DNA of 64,000 nt, from the NCBI GenBank assembly GCA_965208105.1, contig OZ242318.1, positions 2,432,001 through 2,496,000 on the forward strand, read 5' to 3'. Positions 52,051-61,467 of this stretch are shown piece after piece. Source of the DNA: Candidatus Latescibacterota bacterium. GTDB taxonomy: Bacteria > Latescibacterota > UBA2968 > UBA8231. The stretch's first letter is position 1. Every line of letters starts with the position of its first letter. The translations under genes and the position numbers were made by a program. The notes beneath the pieces were generated by a model, which saw only the letters and a list, made by a program, of their open reading frames with translations, ran no database searches and was not told where the DNA came from.

Positions 52051-54981
52051 ATGCACTCTACAACCTGCTCGCGGCTTTTCCTACTCACCGTCGTTTGCTA
52101 TTCCATACCGACCCAGGCAACTCCGCCCCAGAGCGTCGAATTACCCGAGGTAATTGCCGGACGTTTCTATCTGCAGATGCCGCGGCCGGCCTATCGCAAC
52201 TTCGCCTTTCAGCCCTACACTAACTACCCAGGCCATACCATGTCGCGCTCCACCAAGTTGTACTCGGACGCACCGCAAGTCTTTTATGGAAAAATGGGGG
52301 CCTTTCTTTTCACAGGCTACGATCTCTATGCCTGGTCTGAACGACGCGAGCCTCAACCCGTGGCCGCAAAGGGTCGGCTCTACGGTAGTTCCATTTTCAG
52401 GAACCGCAGTGTATTTGAATTCGCCTTCGACAGCCTGGTTGTAGCTCGGGACAGTCAAAGTTCGTGGGGATACAGTGCGATTGTGGGGGATGCGCTGATC
52501 GCGCGGTTTACGCCGCTGACCTTGTCCAAGGTCGATTTTGATGGGGCCCGGTTTGACCTGGCCACCCCCTCGCTGCAAGCCACCTTGCTAGGTTCCCGCC
52601 TGGAGCGTCCGGGGTTTACCCTGGGACTGGCCAGGTGGCTCGTGGATGACACCGAGTTTGCGGATGATTCCCCGCTTCTCCTGGGCGGCCGCCTACAGGG
52701 AAAACTCGGCAGATTGCAACTCGGATTGACGGGCGTCAACCTTCACATGTTCCACAGCACCAGGAGCGGCAACAGCCTGAAGGGCGTGCTGCGCCCCAGC
52801 CAACCTCTCATAAGTTGGGTCCTCTTTCGATTCACCGACGACTCTCCAGCAGACGGTCGCGGCGGAGTCGTAGTCCAGGACCCCGTGCTCATTGTCAACG
52901 GGTTGCCCCGGTCTGACCTCCAAGCGCAGGTGATTCGCCATCGGGCAAATGCCCCCTCCCAGGTTGGAACCTTCTCTCAAAATACCGGTGAATTCCGCAC
53001 CACTCCCTATTACCTTTTTCGCGGCAGGGTCGGAGTTTTCAACTACACTCGTTTTTACCGGAACCGGGAAGTACCCTTGTACGCCGACTATCTCTACCGC
53101 ATCGACCACGCCCGCGGGAAGGACGTGAGCGCGGACACCAATCTGGAAGGGTTGCTCCGTCTGTTTCGGTTAGAGCCATCCAACGGGATCCTGCGGGCCG
53201 ACGGTGACGACCAGCTCGTCTACCTGTTCGATCTTTCGCAAGAGCCCTACGTCGAATCAGTGGCACTGGAGGCCCTGCTGGCCAACGACTATAAGGTAGA
53301 TGTGGCTACTTTGGTCGACGAAGACGTCCATGCCTCCAAGCGCCACACTCAGTTCAAAACGACCTATTACCACACGGCGCTGAGGGCAAGGGGCAACGTG
53401 CAGGACCGCTCCAATCTGCAACGGGTGCGACTGGAGGTCGGCGAAAACACCGCCCTGTTCACCTACAGCGCCGATGTCCACCTGAGCCTTGTGGGCATGG
53501 AAGTGCATGGAGAAGTGGCCCGCTCGCGGCGCTACTCCCGCTATCCGGCCGAAGCCGCAGAGAAACCATTTTTTGAACAAGGCCCGCGGTCCAGCGAAGA
53601 GGGAATGGCCTACTTCGTAAATGCTACTCGAAATTTTGGTCACATCCTCTTGGGGTTGGAGTACTTCTCGATGCAGCCGGATTTCACCACCGAGGTCCGC
53701 TATCATCTTCCCTTAGAGGGCCAGTTTTTTCAACGCCACGTCCAAGGTGTGAAAAATCGCACCATGTATTGGCAACTGGTCCAGGACAACGACGACGGCG
53801 ACCGCTTCACCGATACGCGCGTAGGTGACCCGTTGGATATCTCCGATGGCTCAACAATCGACTCCGACGGGGTTTTCCCGGGCCGTGACGAGGATCGCGA
53901 CGGTATCCCCGATACAAATCGCAACTTCAACGGGATACCCGACTACGAAGAACCCTTTCTCATGTTCAACGTGGAACCGAACGAGTACGTCTACGGGTTG
54001 GACCGCAACCACAACGACGAGCCGGATGTCCGCGAGGACGATCTCCGTCCCGACTACCCCTACTATCCCGACCAGCAAGGATATCATCTCTTCCTGCAGT
54101 TCGGACCCCGGTCCGGGTGGTCGGCAAGTGCAGGCCGTTACGGGGTCGAGGAGGTGGCCGGGTTTGGGCGCAATCGCTCCACCTATGCCCTGCTGACCTT
54201 CCGCGGCAGGGACACCAGGGAGCGCTGGCGCATTTTCCTTGAAAACCACTTGCGACGGGTTGAGGACGATATTGCCGATGAGTTCGCCGTTCAGGTGGAG
54301 CAACCCCAAGTGGGCGGCGACGAGGTTGCGCTCGTCTTCGTCAGTCAGATCCGGCCGGATCCCCTGTCCTACCGCGACAGCTTTGTCAACGAGACCTATC
54401 TCGAAGGGGAACTGAAGCCCTGGTCCACCCTGCGATGGGTGAACAAGTGGCGGTTGCGGGTCAACTGGCAATCGAAGAGAAACCGTCAGCGCGCCAAAAG
54501 ACTGGACTACTGGACCCTGGTCCAGCGCGCCGAGTACACTGCGACTTGGGGCAAGCTCAAGGTACGGCCGCAGTGCAAAGTCTTGCTCCTGCATCACGTG
54601 GACCAGGATGCGGACCGCCTGATTACCGGTGCCTATTCCAGCCGCACCCTGCGCTCGGAGCTCAGCCTTATCCCCATCCTGCGCATCGAGTATCCCCTTC
54701 TCCGGCGTACTACCCTGCGGCTTGGGGTGCAAGGTTGGGGACCGTTGCCCTACAAGAGACATGACCGGGTACGGAATGGCAACAATCTCGAGCGCCGCAC
54801 CGCCTTTTTCACCCTGGCCACACGCTCTTCCTACCGCGGATACGATCTTCACACTATCATCGGTATCAAAGGCGACAGCCAGGACTACGACGACCGGTTG
54901 CGGCGGGGAGAGGGGTACGATACCTGGTCGTTTTTTGTGCGGGTCTTGACCGGATTCACTGAGTTCGGACCACTCATATAG
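52051..54981 (+). CDS. Large secreted / outer-membrane protein, copy B
   Basis: Full-length colinear paralog of 48104-51040 with the identical C-terminus DTWSFFVRVLTGFTEFGPLI. Confidence 0.78.
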   Translation: MHSTTCSRLFLLTVVCYSIPTQATPPQSVELPEVIAGRFYLQMPRPAYRNFAFQPYTNYPGHTMSRSTKLYSDAPQVFYGKMGAFLFTGYDLYAWSERREPQPVAAKGRLYGSSIFRNRSVFEFAFDSLVVARDSQSSWGYSAIVGDALIARFTPLTLSKVDFDGARFDLATPSLQATLLGSRLERPGFTLGLARWLVDDTEFADDSPLLLGGRLQGKLGRLQLGLTGVNLHMFHSTRSGNSLKGVLRPSQPLISWVLFRFTDDSPADGRGGVVVQDPVLIVNGLPRSDLQAQVIRHRANAPSQVGTFSQNTGEFRTTPYYLFRGRVGVFNYTRFYRNREVPLYADYLYRIDHARGKDVSADTNLEGLLRLFRLEPSNGILRADGDDQLVYLFDLSQEPYVESVALEALLANDYKVDVATLVDEDVHASKRHTQFKTTYYHTALRARGNVQDRSNLQRVRLEVGENTALFTYSADVHLSLVGMEVHGEVARSRRYSRYPAEAAEKPFFEQGPRSSEEGMAYFVNATRNFGHILLGLEYFSMQPDFTTEVRYHLPLEGQFFQRHVQGVKNRTMYWQLVQDNDDGDRFTDTRVGDPLDISDGSTIDSDGVFPGRDEDRDGIPDTNRNFNGIPDYEEPFLMFNVEPNEYVYGLDRNHNDEPDVREDDLRPDYPYYPDQQGYHLFLQFGPRSGWSASAGRYGVEEVAGFGRNRSTYALLTFRGRDTRERWRIFLENHLRRVEDDIADEFAVQVEQPQVGGDEVALVFVSQIRPDPLSYRDSFVNETYLEGELKPWSTLRWVNKWRLRVNWQSKRNRQRAKRLDYWTLVQRAEYTATWGKLKVRPQCKVLLLHHVDQDADRLITGAYSSRTLRSELSLIPILRIEYPLLRRTTLRLGVQGWGPLPYKRHDRVRNGNNLERRTAFFTLATRSSYRGYDLHTIIGIKGDSQDYDDRLRRGEGYDTWSFFVRVLTGFTEFGPLI

Positions 54982-55312
54982 TGGATTCAGCCGCTGCTTT
55001 TGCCAGGATGTCGCGCTCGGTGCGCAACTGCTTGATCTGGCGACACAGGCGTCGAATTTCGGCGTGTTCGGTGGTGGTCAAGCCATCGTGGCGCCGGCCG
55101 CTGTCGAGGTCGGCCTGTTTTACCCAGGTGTGGATCGTCTGAGCGGAGGGCCCGAACTCTTTGGCCAGGGAGCCTGGCGAGCGTCCGGAGCGGACCAGCT
55201 CGACCATCTGCTGGCGCTGGCGAAATTCGGGGGGATAGGGAATACGTGATTTAGGCATGGGGGGCTCCTTTTCATCAAGTGATAAAGTACCCACCAAACC
55301 GGGTCAACTCCA
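54982..55312 (-). mobile_element. Truncated IS3-family element, second copy
   Basis: Near-identical to 51041-51365 and truncated at the same nucleotide. Confidence 0.88.
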
Positions 55313-55427
55313 AATGCCAAAAAGGAACCTCCAACGTCTGCTGGAGGAGACGTGCGAGCGTCGACTTTCCTGCACTTGATGCGCCGTTGATGAGAATGAT
55401 CTTGCCCTGTTCTCGATCGTTATCCAA
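55313..55427 (-). pseudogene. N-terminal fragment of a chloramphenicol phosphotransferase-like P-loop kinase, cut by IS3
   Basis: Minus-strand translation LDNDREQGKIILINGASSAGKSTLARLLQQTLEVPFWH ends exactly at the IS end. Confidence 0.7.
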
Positions 55428-55467
55428 GTGTATCAAGAATCCTATTTCAGCGTTCTTTGACCCAATT

Positions 55468-55559
55468 CACATAACGGTTTCACGGTTTACGAACCTGCGT
55501 AGCGGGTTGCCGAAGGCCAAGGAGCGCAGCGACGAAGCGAAAACCGGACGTGTTATGTG
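55468..55559 (-). other. Integron attC-like recombination site
   Basis: Minus strand CACATAAC...CGGTTTTCG...CGTAAACCG...GTTATGTG: complementary R boxes and near-complementary L boxes, 14 bp after the GNAT stop. Confidence 0.7.
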
Positions 55560-55573
55560 TTCGGGCGATCTCT

Positions 55574-56383
55574 TCATTCAAATTTGCCAAATGCGATCTT
55601 GTAACTGTACGGATCAATAAAGCCCAGTTTCTCTGCAACTCTAATCGAGGGCTTGTTGTCCTCCCAGCAGTCCCAGTACGGACTCAACCCCAGTCCTTTA
55701 GCTTGTCTCGCTACCTGGGCGCCAACAGTAGTAGCGATGCCTTTACCTTGATAGTCCTCTATCGTTTCGATGCCCATCCCACAGTGCTTCTCGCTCACAT
55801 ATTCCGATGTGCACCAACAGATAACTGAAGTTCCATGCAGCATTGCGAATCCAAATCCCCGCTCGAGAAAGGTATCGATGGACGGCCAGCCACCCAGAAT
55901 CTCGTCGAACACCGAGTCAAGATGACCAACTTTGCTATCAAGGAGCTGTCGATCTATTTGCCGTAGGGAAAACCCCGTTGGGACAACTGGAAAGCTGGCC
56001 GGCGACCTGTCGGAAAGGGCACAATAGATCCTCCTATCGACGTTTTGCTCGAGCGGACCGAAAACAGTGTCGATTATCGAGCTCCAGATTTCCGGTGAAT
56101 AGTGCAACTTGAAGAAACCGATTCCACGCGAGCGGCATTCAGGTGCGATCTCGGCTGAGAAGATCTCTGCAAGTTGCCTGTTCGTCTCTTCGTTGTTGGC
56201 CGCGCCAGAGAGGTGGATATTCCGGCCTTCGTTGGCTAGCACAGTGTTTGGCCTGAACGGGTCGTCTACCCACACTCTCGCCGGGGTCAGCCCCAAAATG
56301 ATACTGCTCCCAACCAGACGGAAGATCGGTGTGTCAAGGAGCGGTTGGATCGCGGCAAGATGCTCATGCTCTAGCTGTCTCAT
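55574..56383 (-). CDS. GNAT-family acetyltransferase (likely gene cassette)
   Basis: GFGF...CTSEY..GIET.EDYQGKGIAT...YWDC.EDN.PSIRVAEKLGF. Confidence 0.85.
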   Translation of the reverse strand: MRQLEHEHLAAIQPLLDTPIFRLVGSSIILGLTPARVWVDDPFRPNTVLANEGRNIHLSGAANNEETNRQLAEIFSAEIAPECRSRGIGFFKLHYSPEIWSSIIDTVFGPLEQNVDRRIYCALSDRSPASFPVVPTGFSLRQIDRQLLDSKVGHLDSVFDEILGGWPSIDTFLERGFGFAMLHGTSVICWCTSEYVSEKHCGMGIETIEDYQGKGIATTVGAQVARQAKGLGLSPYWDCWEDNKPSIRVAEKLGFIDPYSYKIAFGKFE

Positions 56384-56479
56384 GGATCACAGACCTTCCG
56401 AGGTACTATGGTGACGTGACCGGAATTGTTTGGTAACCAGGGAGAGCCGATGAATGCCGTAACATCGTCGTTCCGTAAA

Positions 56480-56632
56480 TATAGGTAAAACGAGGCGCCT
56501 TTTTGGCTCTCGCGTCAAGGCGCCGAACACACCCAAGGGGCAGGGTAAGCTTGCTGATGATCGTTTGCAGGTCGTTTGACAGGGCTCGCAGTACGGTTTG
56601 GTTGCCTGGGGGCCCCTAGCGGGTCCAATCCG
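56480..56632 (-). mobile_element. IS91/ISCR-type oriIS-end remnant, copy 1
   Basis: About 150-bp match to 62701-62854; minus strand ends ...TTTTACCTATA. Confidence 0.65.
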
Positions 56633-56673
56633 GTACTCGATGAGGCCAATCAGGACGCACTTCTCCCTACGGC

Positions 56674-58122
56674 TCACGGCGCCTGCAGCGGCGCTTCGTC
56701 GCCGGTGCGTTCCTGCCAGCGTGCGATCCTCCCTCTGAGATCGCGGATGCGCTCTTGCTGGCCCGGATCGTCGAAGCGGTTTATCGCCTCGTGCGGGTCG
56801 GTATTCAGGTCGAAGAGCTCGCACTGATCCTCCGGACTCAGGTTGAGTTTCCACCGGTCGGCGGAAATCACCGTCCGCCACGGCAACCCCAGCACGCGCC
56901 TGGTCTCTTCGTCCGCCGTGGTGAAGGGCGGCCCGGGACGGTTGTGCCCGCCGTGGCACTCGATGAAGACGTCCTCCTGCTCCAGACGCTCCTCGCCGCG
57001 CAAGACAGGGACGCGGCTCTGGCCCTGCAGCCCGCCCGGAACGGCCTCTCCGAGCAGATCCAGCAGCATCGGCACCAGGTCGATCTGGCTGAAGTTCCCG
57101 CGGATTCTCCTTCCCGCTCTCTGGAGCCACGGCACTCGAATTAAAAGCGGCACTCGCACCGCCTCCTCGTAGAGCACCCCCTTGGCGAAAATACCGTGGT
57201 CGCCCATCATATCGCCGTGGTCGCTGGTGAAGACCACGATGGTGTTCTCCGCCTGGCCGCTCTCCTCCAGCGCGTCGAGGATCGCGCCCATTGCCCGGTC
57301 CACTAAAGTCACCAGCCCCAGGTACTGCGCGCGCATCCTGCGGCACCCCGCCTCGGTGCTCAGGTTCTGCCCCTCCCACTCGGCCTGCATGAAGTAGCCG
57401 GCCAGCATCCGGTTCACCAGGGAGGCATTTTCCGCCGGCTTCTGCAGAAACTGTGGTCCCACGGGAATCTCGTTCGGATCGTACATATCGTCGAAGGGTC
57501 CGATGAAGGGCATGTGCGGCTCGAGCATATTGACGTAGAACACAAACGGCCGCCGCTCGCTTTCGCGCAGCAGTTGCGCCGTCTGCTGCCCGACGAAGGT
57601 TGCCTTGGTATAGGGTTCGTCTAATTTCGCGGCGAAGGGCCGGCTGAAGACCCGGGTGTCCCCCTGGTCCACGTCGGGCTCAAAGCCGTGCTCGACGAGG
57701 AAATGGTGGTAGTCGCTCAGGCGCGAACGATATTCCGGCTTCGAAAGGTGGGCCCGATACTTGTCGTCCAGACTCACCCAGTGCTCGAAGCCGTGCTGGG
57801 GAATGACCTCGTCGCCCAGGTGCCATTTCCCTATGTACGCGCAGAAATAATCGTCGTCCACCATCTCGGCGATCGTCTTTGTATCGGGTTTGAGCGCCAT
57901 ATTGTTCGACAGGCACCCCGTGGTGTGCGGGTAGAGCCCGGTCATAATCGTCGAGCGCGAGGGCGTGCAGATGGGCTGCGTCACGTACGCGCGCTCGAAG
58001 ACAAAGCTCTCCTCGGCCAACGCGTTGAGCCTGGGCGCTTCTACGAAGTCGTTGCCGTAGCACTTCAAGGTGTCGAAGCGCTGCTCGTCGGTGAAGATGA
58101 AGAGTAGATTGGGCTTGTCCAT
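56674..58122 (-). CDS. Sulfatase (Cys-type, FGly-dependent)
   Basis: PNLLFIFTDEQR, CTPSR..IMTGLYP, GKWHLG, FTSDHG, ELFDL..DPHE. Confidence 0.93.
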   Translation of the reverse strand: MDKPNLLFIFTDEQRFDTLKCYGNDFVEAPRLNALAEESFVFERAYVTQPICTPSRSTIMTGLYPHTTGCLSNNMALKPDTKTIAEMVDDDYFCAYIGKWHLGDEVIPQHGFEHWVSLDDKYRAHLSKPEYRSRLSDYHHFLVEHGFEPDVDQGDTRVFSRPFAAKLDEPYTKATFVGQQTAQLLRESERRPFVFYVNMLEPHMPFIGPFDDMYDPNEIPVGPQFLQKPAENASLVNRMLAGYFMQAEWEGQNLSTEAGCRRMRAQYLGLVTLVDRAMGAILDALEESGQAENTIVVFTSDHGDMMGDHGIFAKGVLYEEAVRVPLLIRVPWLQRAGRRIRGNFSQIDLVPMLLDLLGEAVPGGLQGQSRVPVLRGEERLEQEDVFIECHGGHNRPGPPFTTADEETRRVLGLPWRTVISADRWKLNLSPEDQCELFDLNTDPHEAINRFDDPGQQERIRDLRGRIARWQERTGDEAPLQAP

Positions 58123-58387
58123 GATCAGTACTCCACGGAATTCGGAGGATATGAGGCAAGGGGTGGAGTCATGGGATCACTTACCGGATCACCCAAGATA
58201 GAAAATTGTGCGGATGGTATCCGACTTGCGCGGAGAGTAGATCCCATGCAAAGCGGTGAATGAACGATGGCGAATCTTAATCTCTGTCGGACCAGATCGT
58301 TCTGGTTTAGTTTTCACCGTTTGTGGTAAGCGACCAACCATCCAGCCCGTCCTCTTCATCGGGTTGGGCAACTGAAAGGAACTGAAC

Positions 58388-59572
58388 ATGACTGCAGTAG
58401 GCGAAGGGGCAAAAGGCGAACGCGGACGGGTGCGCATCACCGGCATCAAGGCTATGGAGCTCAGGAATTCTACGGGGCAAAGCCTGGTGCGGGTGGAGAC
58501 CGACGCAGGTTTGTACGGCGTCGGCGAAGCAGGAGTCGCCGGTCCTGCGTGCAGGGCGAATCTGCAATGGCTCGAAAAAGTGCTCATCGGGGCCGACCCG
58601 CTCAACATCGACAAGCTCTATCACCAGATGCTGGGGCTGCAGCATTACTATCAGGCGCATGTGCCGACAGTAAGCGGCGTCGACATTGCGCTGTGGGACC
58701 TGGCTGGAAAGATCCTCAACCAGCCCGTTAGCCAGCTGCTGACCGGCCGCTATCGCGAGCGCGTCGAGATCTATTTTAACGGGTCGCCATCCGACTGGTC
58801 AGATCGCCCTGCCGTCGACGACTGGGTAGCCGAATTCCGCGCCCATCCCCACGGCTACCGGACGTTGAAATGTAGTTTCCCGAAGCCCGACGACGCGCTC
58901 CTCTCACGGCCCTTCGAAGCGACAGCACCAAGTCAATCGCTAAAAGCGAGTGACCTCAAAGTTATACGGGATGGATTCGAGACCATGCGCGACGCCCTGG
59001 GGTGGGATCTCGACTTCATCGTTCACTGTCACAACGAATGGGACGTGCCGACGGCTATCGGCCTTAGTCAGGCGCTGGAAGAGGCGCGTCCCATCTGGAT
59101 TGAGGATCCGCTATCGGTTTGGTTCAACGACGGCTACAAGGCGCTCAGAGCGGCATCGCGCGTGCCTATCTGCACGGGGGAAAAGATTCAGGGGTACCGC
59201 GATTGCTTCCCCTTTATCGTCGATGGCGGCATCGACGTGTTACACCCCGATCTGTGCTGGTGCGGCGGCATCAGCGGCGGTCGCAAGATTGCCGAGCTGG
59301 CCGATCACTACGGCCTGCCGGTGGCGCTGCACAACTGCGGTACGCTGGTGCACAATATGGCCAACGTCCATTTCGGAGCCTGTGTGCGCAATTTCAGCAT
59401 GAGCGAAACTCGACTCTACGAACGTCGGTACATCGCCGAGATGGGGGGGCTCGATGGCTTCGATCTGATCGACGGCAAAATGGCGGTGCCCAACGGGCCG
59501 GGACTGGGTATTGAACTGGTGCCCGAAGTATTGCGCGCCGAACTCAAGGAAGGCGAGCCTTTCTGGGAATGA
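58388..59572 (+). CDS. Mandelate racemase / muconate lactonising enzyme family (enolase superfamily)
   Basis: VRVETDAG..GVGE, SGVDIALWDLAGK, WIEDP, ICTGE, HPD, HN, P.GPGLGIEL. Confidence 0.9.
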   Translation: MTAVGEGAKGERGRVRITGIKAMELRNSTGQSLVRVETDAGLYGVGEAGVAGPACRANLQWLEKVLIGADPLNIDKLYHQMLGLQHYYQAHVPTVSGVDIALWDLAGKILNQPVSQLLTGRYRERVEIYFNGSPSDWSDRPAVDDWVAEFRAHPHGYRTLKCSFPKPDDALLSRPFEATAPSQSLKASDLKVIRDGFETMRDALGWDLDFIVHCHNEWDVPTAIGLSQALEEARPIWIEDPLSVWFNDGYKALRAASRVPICTGEKIQGYRDCFPFIVDGGIDVLHPDLCWCGGISGGRKIAELADHYGLPVALHNCGTLVHNMANVHFGACVRNFSMSETRLYERRYIAEMGGLDGFDLIDGKMAVPNGPGLGIELVPEVLRAELKEGEPFWE

Positions 59573-59689
59573 GTTTCCGTCCCCTGATCTACTCGTATGA
59601 AGCCTCGGCTTGCGGCCCGGGTACGATGTTGGCGCGGTCAGCGGCATTGTGGGCCAACACTCCGTGATCAGGTTAGTAGAGCTTCCTGC

Positions 59690-60520
59690 CTAGCGGATCT
59701 CTTGCAGCCCATTGAACAGGCAGTAGTGCTGCTCAACGCCCATCGCCTCCATCCAGGCGCGTACCTCCAGAGTCTGCCATGTGCCAGATCCCTTCCCCTT
59801 GCCGCTATTGTTGTCCCACAGCCACAACGGTGTGGGCCAGATGCAGCGTCTGGCCGCGACGGCCTCGTAGAACGCTCTCTGGACGCCGTTCTGGCCGTGA
59901 TGGGCCATCTGGACGTAGTCGGACTCGAGACGATTCCCGTACGGCCCCGCCAGGAGCTTGCGTCCGGCTTCCGCCCCCAGATCGGCGGGAAAGAGGACGG
60001 ATCGGGTCTCGTCCCGCACTCGCATCACCACACTCGAGTTGTTGATCGCGTTAACGGTGATCTCCGGGTTCTTGATGCCCAGCACCTCGAAGTGCACCCC
60101 ACCGAAGGCCAGCTCCTGGCCGAGTTCGAGCTCTGTCACCCCCCGCCCCGCAGCGGCCAACGCCTCATTGAGCTGGACTGTGGTCTCCACCCCGTCCTTC
60201 TCATGGGCCTCGACCCACGCCGTCGTGTTCAGTGAGCCATAGATCCGGTCTATCTGCAGATCTCCAGGCATTCTGAGGATCTCAATCAGCGCATCGACGT
60301 GGTCGAGGTGTTGGTGTGTGATGAACCAGGCGGTGACTCGGTTGCCAAGGGCGGCGAGAAAGCCCTTCAGATACCCGGCATCCTCGGTATAGCCTCCATC
60401 GATGGCGATGACATCGCCGTGCACTGTTCGAAGGACGTAGCTGTTCATCTGTTTGGGCGTCTGTGATGGCAGTTGCCAGAGCGTGAAGGTCTCCAAGTCA
60501 AAGCTCCTTTTGGTGGTCAT
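59690..60520 (-). CDS. MBL-fold metallohydrolase (ComEC/Rec2-like)
   Basis: IDGG, THQHLDH, NNSS, LFPAD, QMAHHG. Confidence 0.85.
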   Translation of the reverse strand: MTTKRSFDLETFTLWQLPSQTPKQMNSYVLRTVHGDVIAIDGGYTEDAGYLKGFLAALGNRVTAWFITHQHLDHVDALIEILRMPGDLQIDRIYGSLNTTAWVEAHEKDGVETTVQLNEALAAAGRGVTELELGQELAFGGVHFEVLGIKNPEITVNAINNSSVVMRVRDETRSVLFPADLGAEAGRKLLAGPYGNRLESDYVQMAHHGQNGVQRAFYEAVAARRCIWPTPLWLWDNNSGKGKGSGTWQTLEVRAWMEAMGVEQHYCLFNGLQEIR

Positions 60521-60750
60521 GCCGACCTCTTCCCGTAGATGAATTGTAGGGAATCGGCGTTGTTCGGGGGCATTCGCAGTTTATGGGTGGCGGATCTCCG
60601 GAAACGGCCGCGCAGGGCTAGCGCGGATCAAATTTTTGGCGCCTGAACGCCGTTTCTATACAGCCGCTCAAAATAGGTAGACAGACTGCGCCCACGGAGA
60701 ATCAGGCGTAGTCGAATTCAGTCTGCGGCTGGGGTCGCGCGATGCCGAAG

Positions 60751-60795
60751 TATAGGTAAAATGAGGCACCTTTTTGGCCCTCTTGTCAAGGCGCC
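60751..60795 (-). mobile_element. IS91/ISCR-type oriIS-end remnant, short copy 2
   Basis: TATAGGTAAAATGAGGCACCTTTTTGGCCCTCTTGTCAAGGCGCC, same terminus as 56480 and 62701. Confidence 0.6.
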
Positions 60796-60903
60796 TAGCG
60801 CGTCGATGAGCGTGTCTTGCAACAGGTGGAGCTGCTGATTGAGTACACGTAACCGCCGATGCCCGTCGGCGGACAGATGTAGAAGCAGGAGGCGCGGTTT
60901 CAC

Positions 60904-61461
60904 TTACCGGATCCGCTTCTCGAAACGAGCGAACCAGCGCTTCGTCGGGTGTTCTCCCAAAGGCTCGAACCCGCCATCCACGTAGTACTGCCGGAGCCTG
61001 TCGTTCGCAGCCATGCAGTCCAACCTTACGAATTCCTTCCCTTGACCGTGCGCAAGCTCCGCGACCTTCCGCAGTATTTGGTAGCCAAGCTGCTTTCCCG
61101 AAAACCGTCGCAGCACGGCCAGTCCGCTGACATACAGCGCTTCGCCGCGCCTGTCAGTCCACATATCACCGCCGTCCGTGCTGATCCGCAACACGCCGAC
61201 TGGTTCCGTCTGGCCTTGAACAATGTGCAGTTCTCCTGAGTCAATCCACTGATGCACTTCCGGTTCGGGCACCTGACGGGACCATTGTCCTCGGATCCCT
61301 TTGACATCGTGGAGCCAAGCACTCACATCGTTGTAGATCTGCGCCACCAGGGCGGAATGCTCAGAAAGAGCCGGACGGAAGCTCAGGCTCGTTTGATGTG
61401 GTCTTGCGCTATCAGCCAAGTCTACAGCAGTCTCAGATAGACGCCCTTGGCGATGCGCCAC
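60904..61461 (-). CDS. GNAT-family acetyltransferase
   Basis: LYVSGLAV.RRFSGKQLG...VRLDC...N.RLRQYY..GGF; start uncertain. Confidence 0.8.
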   Translation of the reverse strand: MAHRQGRLSETAVDLADSARPHQTSLSFRPALSEHSALVAQIYNDVSAWLHDVKGIRGQWSRQVPEPEVHQWIDSGELHIVQGQTEPVGVLRISTDGGDMWTDRRGEALYVSGLAVLRRFSGKQLGYQILRKVAELAHGQGKEFVRLDCMAANDRLRQYYVDGGFEPLGEHPTKRWFARFEKRIR

Positions 61462-61467
61462 GGGCGT

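Noticed and set aside
47536-55312. Diversity-generating retroelement as the source of core variation
   Set aside because: No reverse transcriptase, and the differences are not adenine-restricted and include indels.
56453-56465. Second attC (GTTACGG) upstream of the GNAT cassette
   Set aside because: Imperfect core site with no partner box; the adjacent DNA is the IS91-like end.
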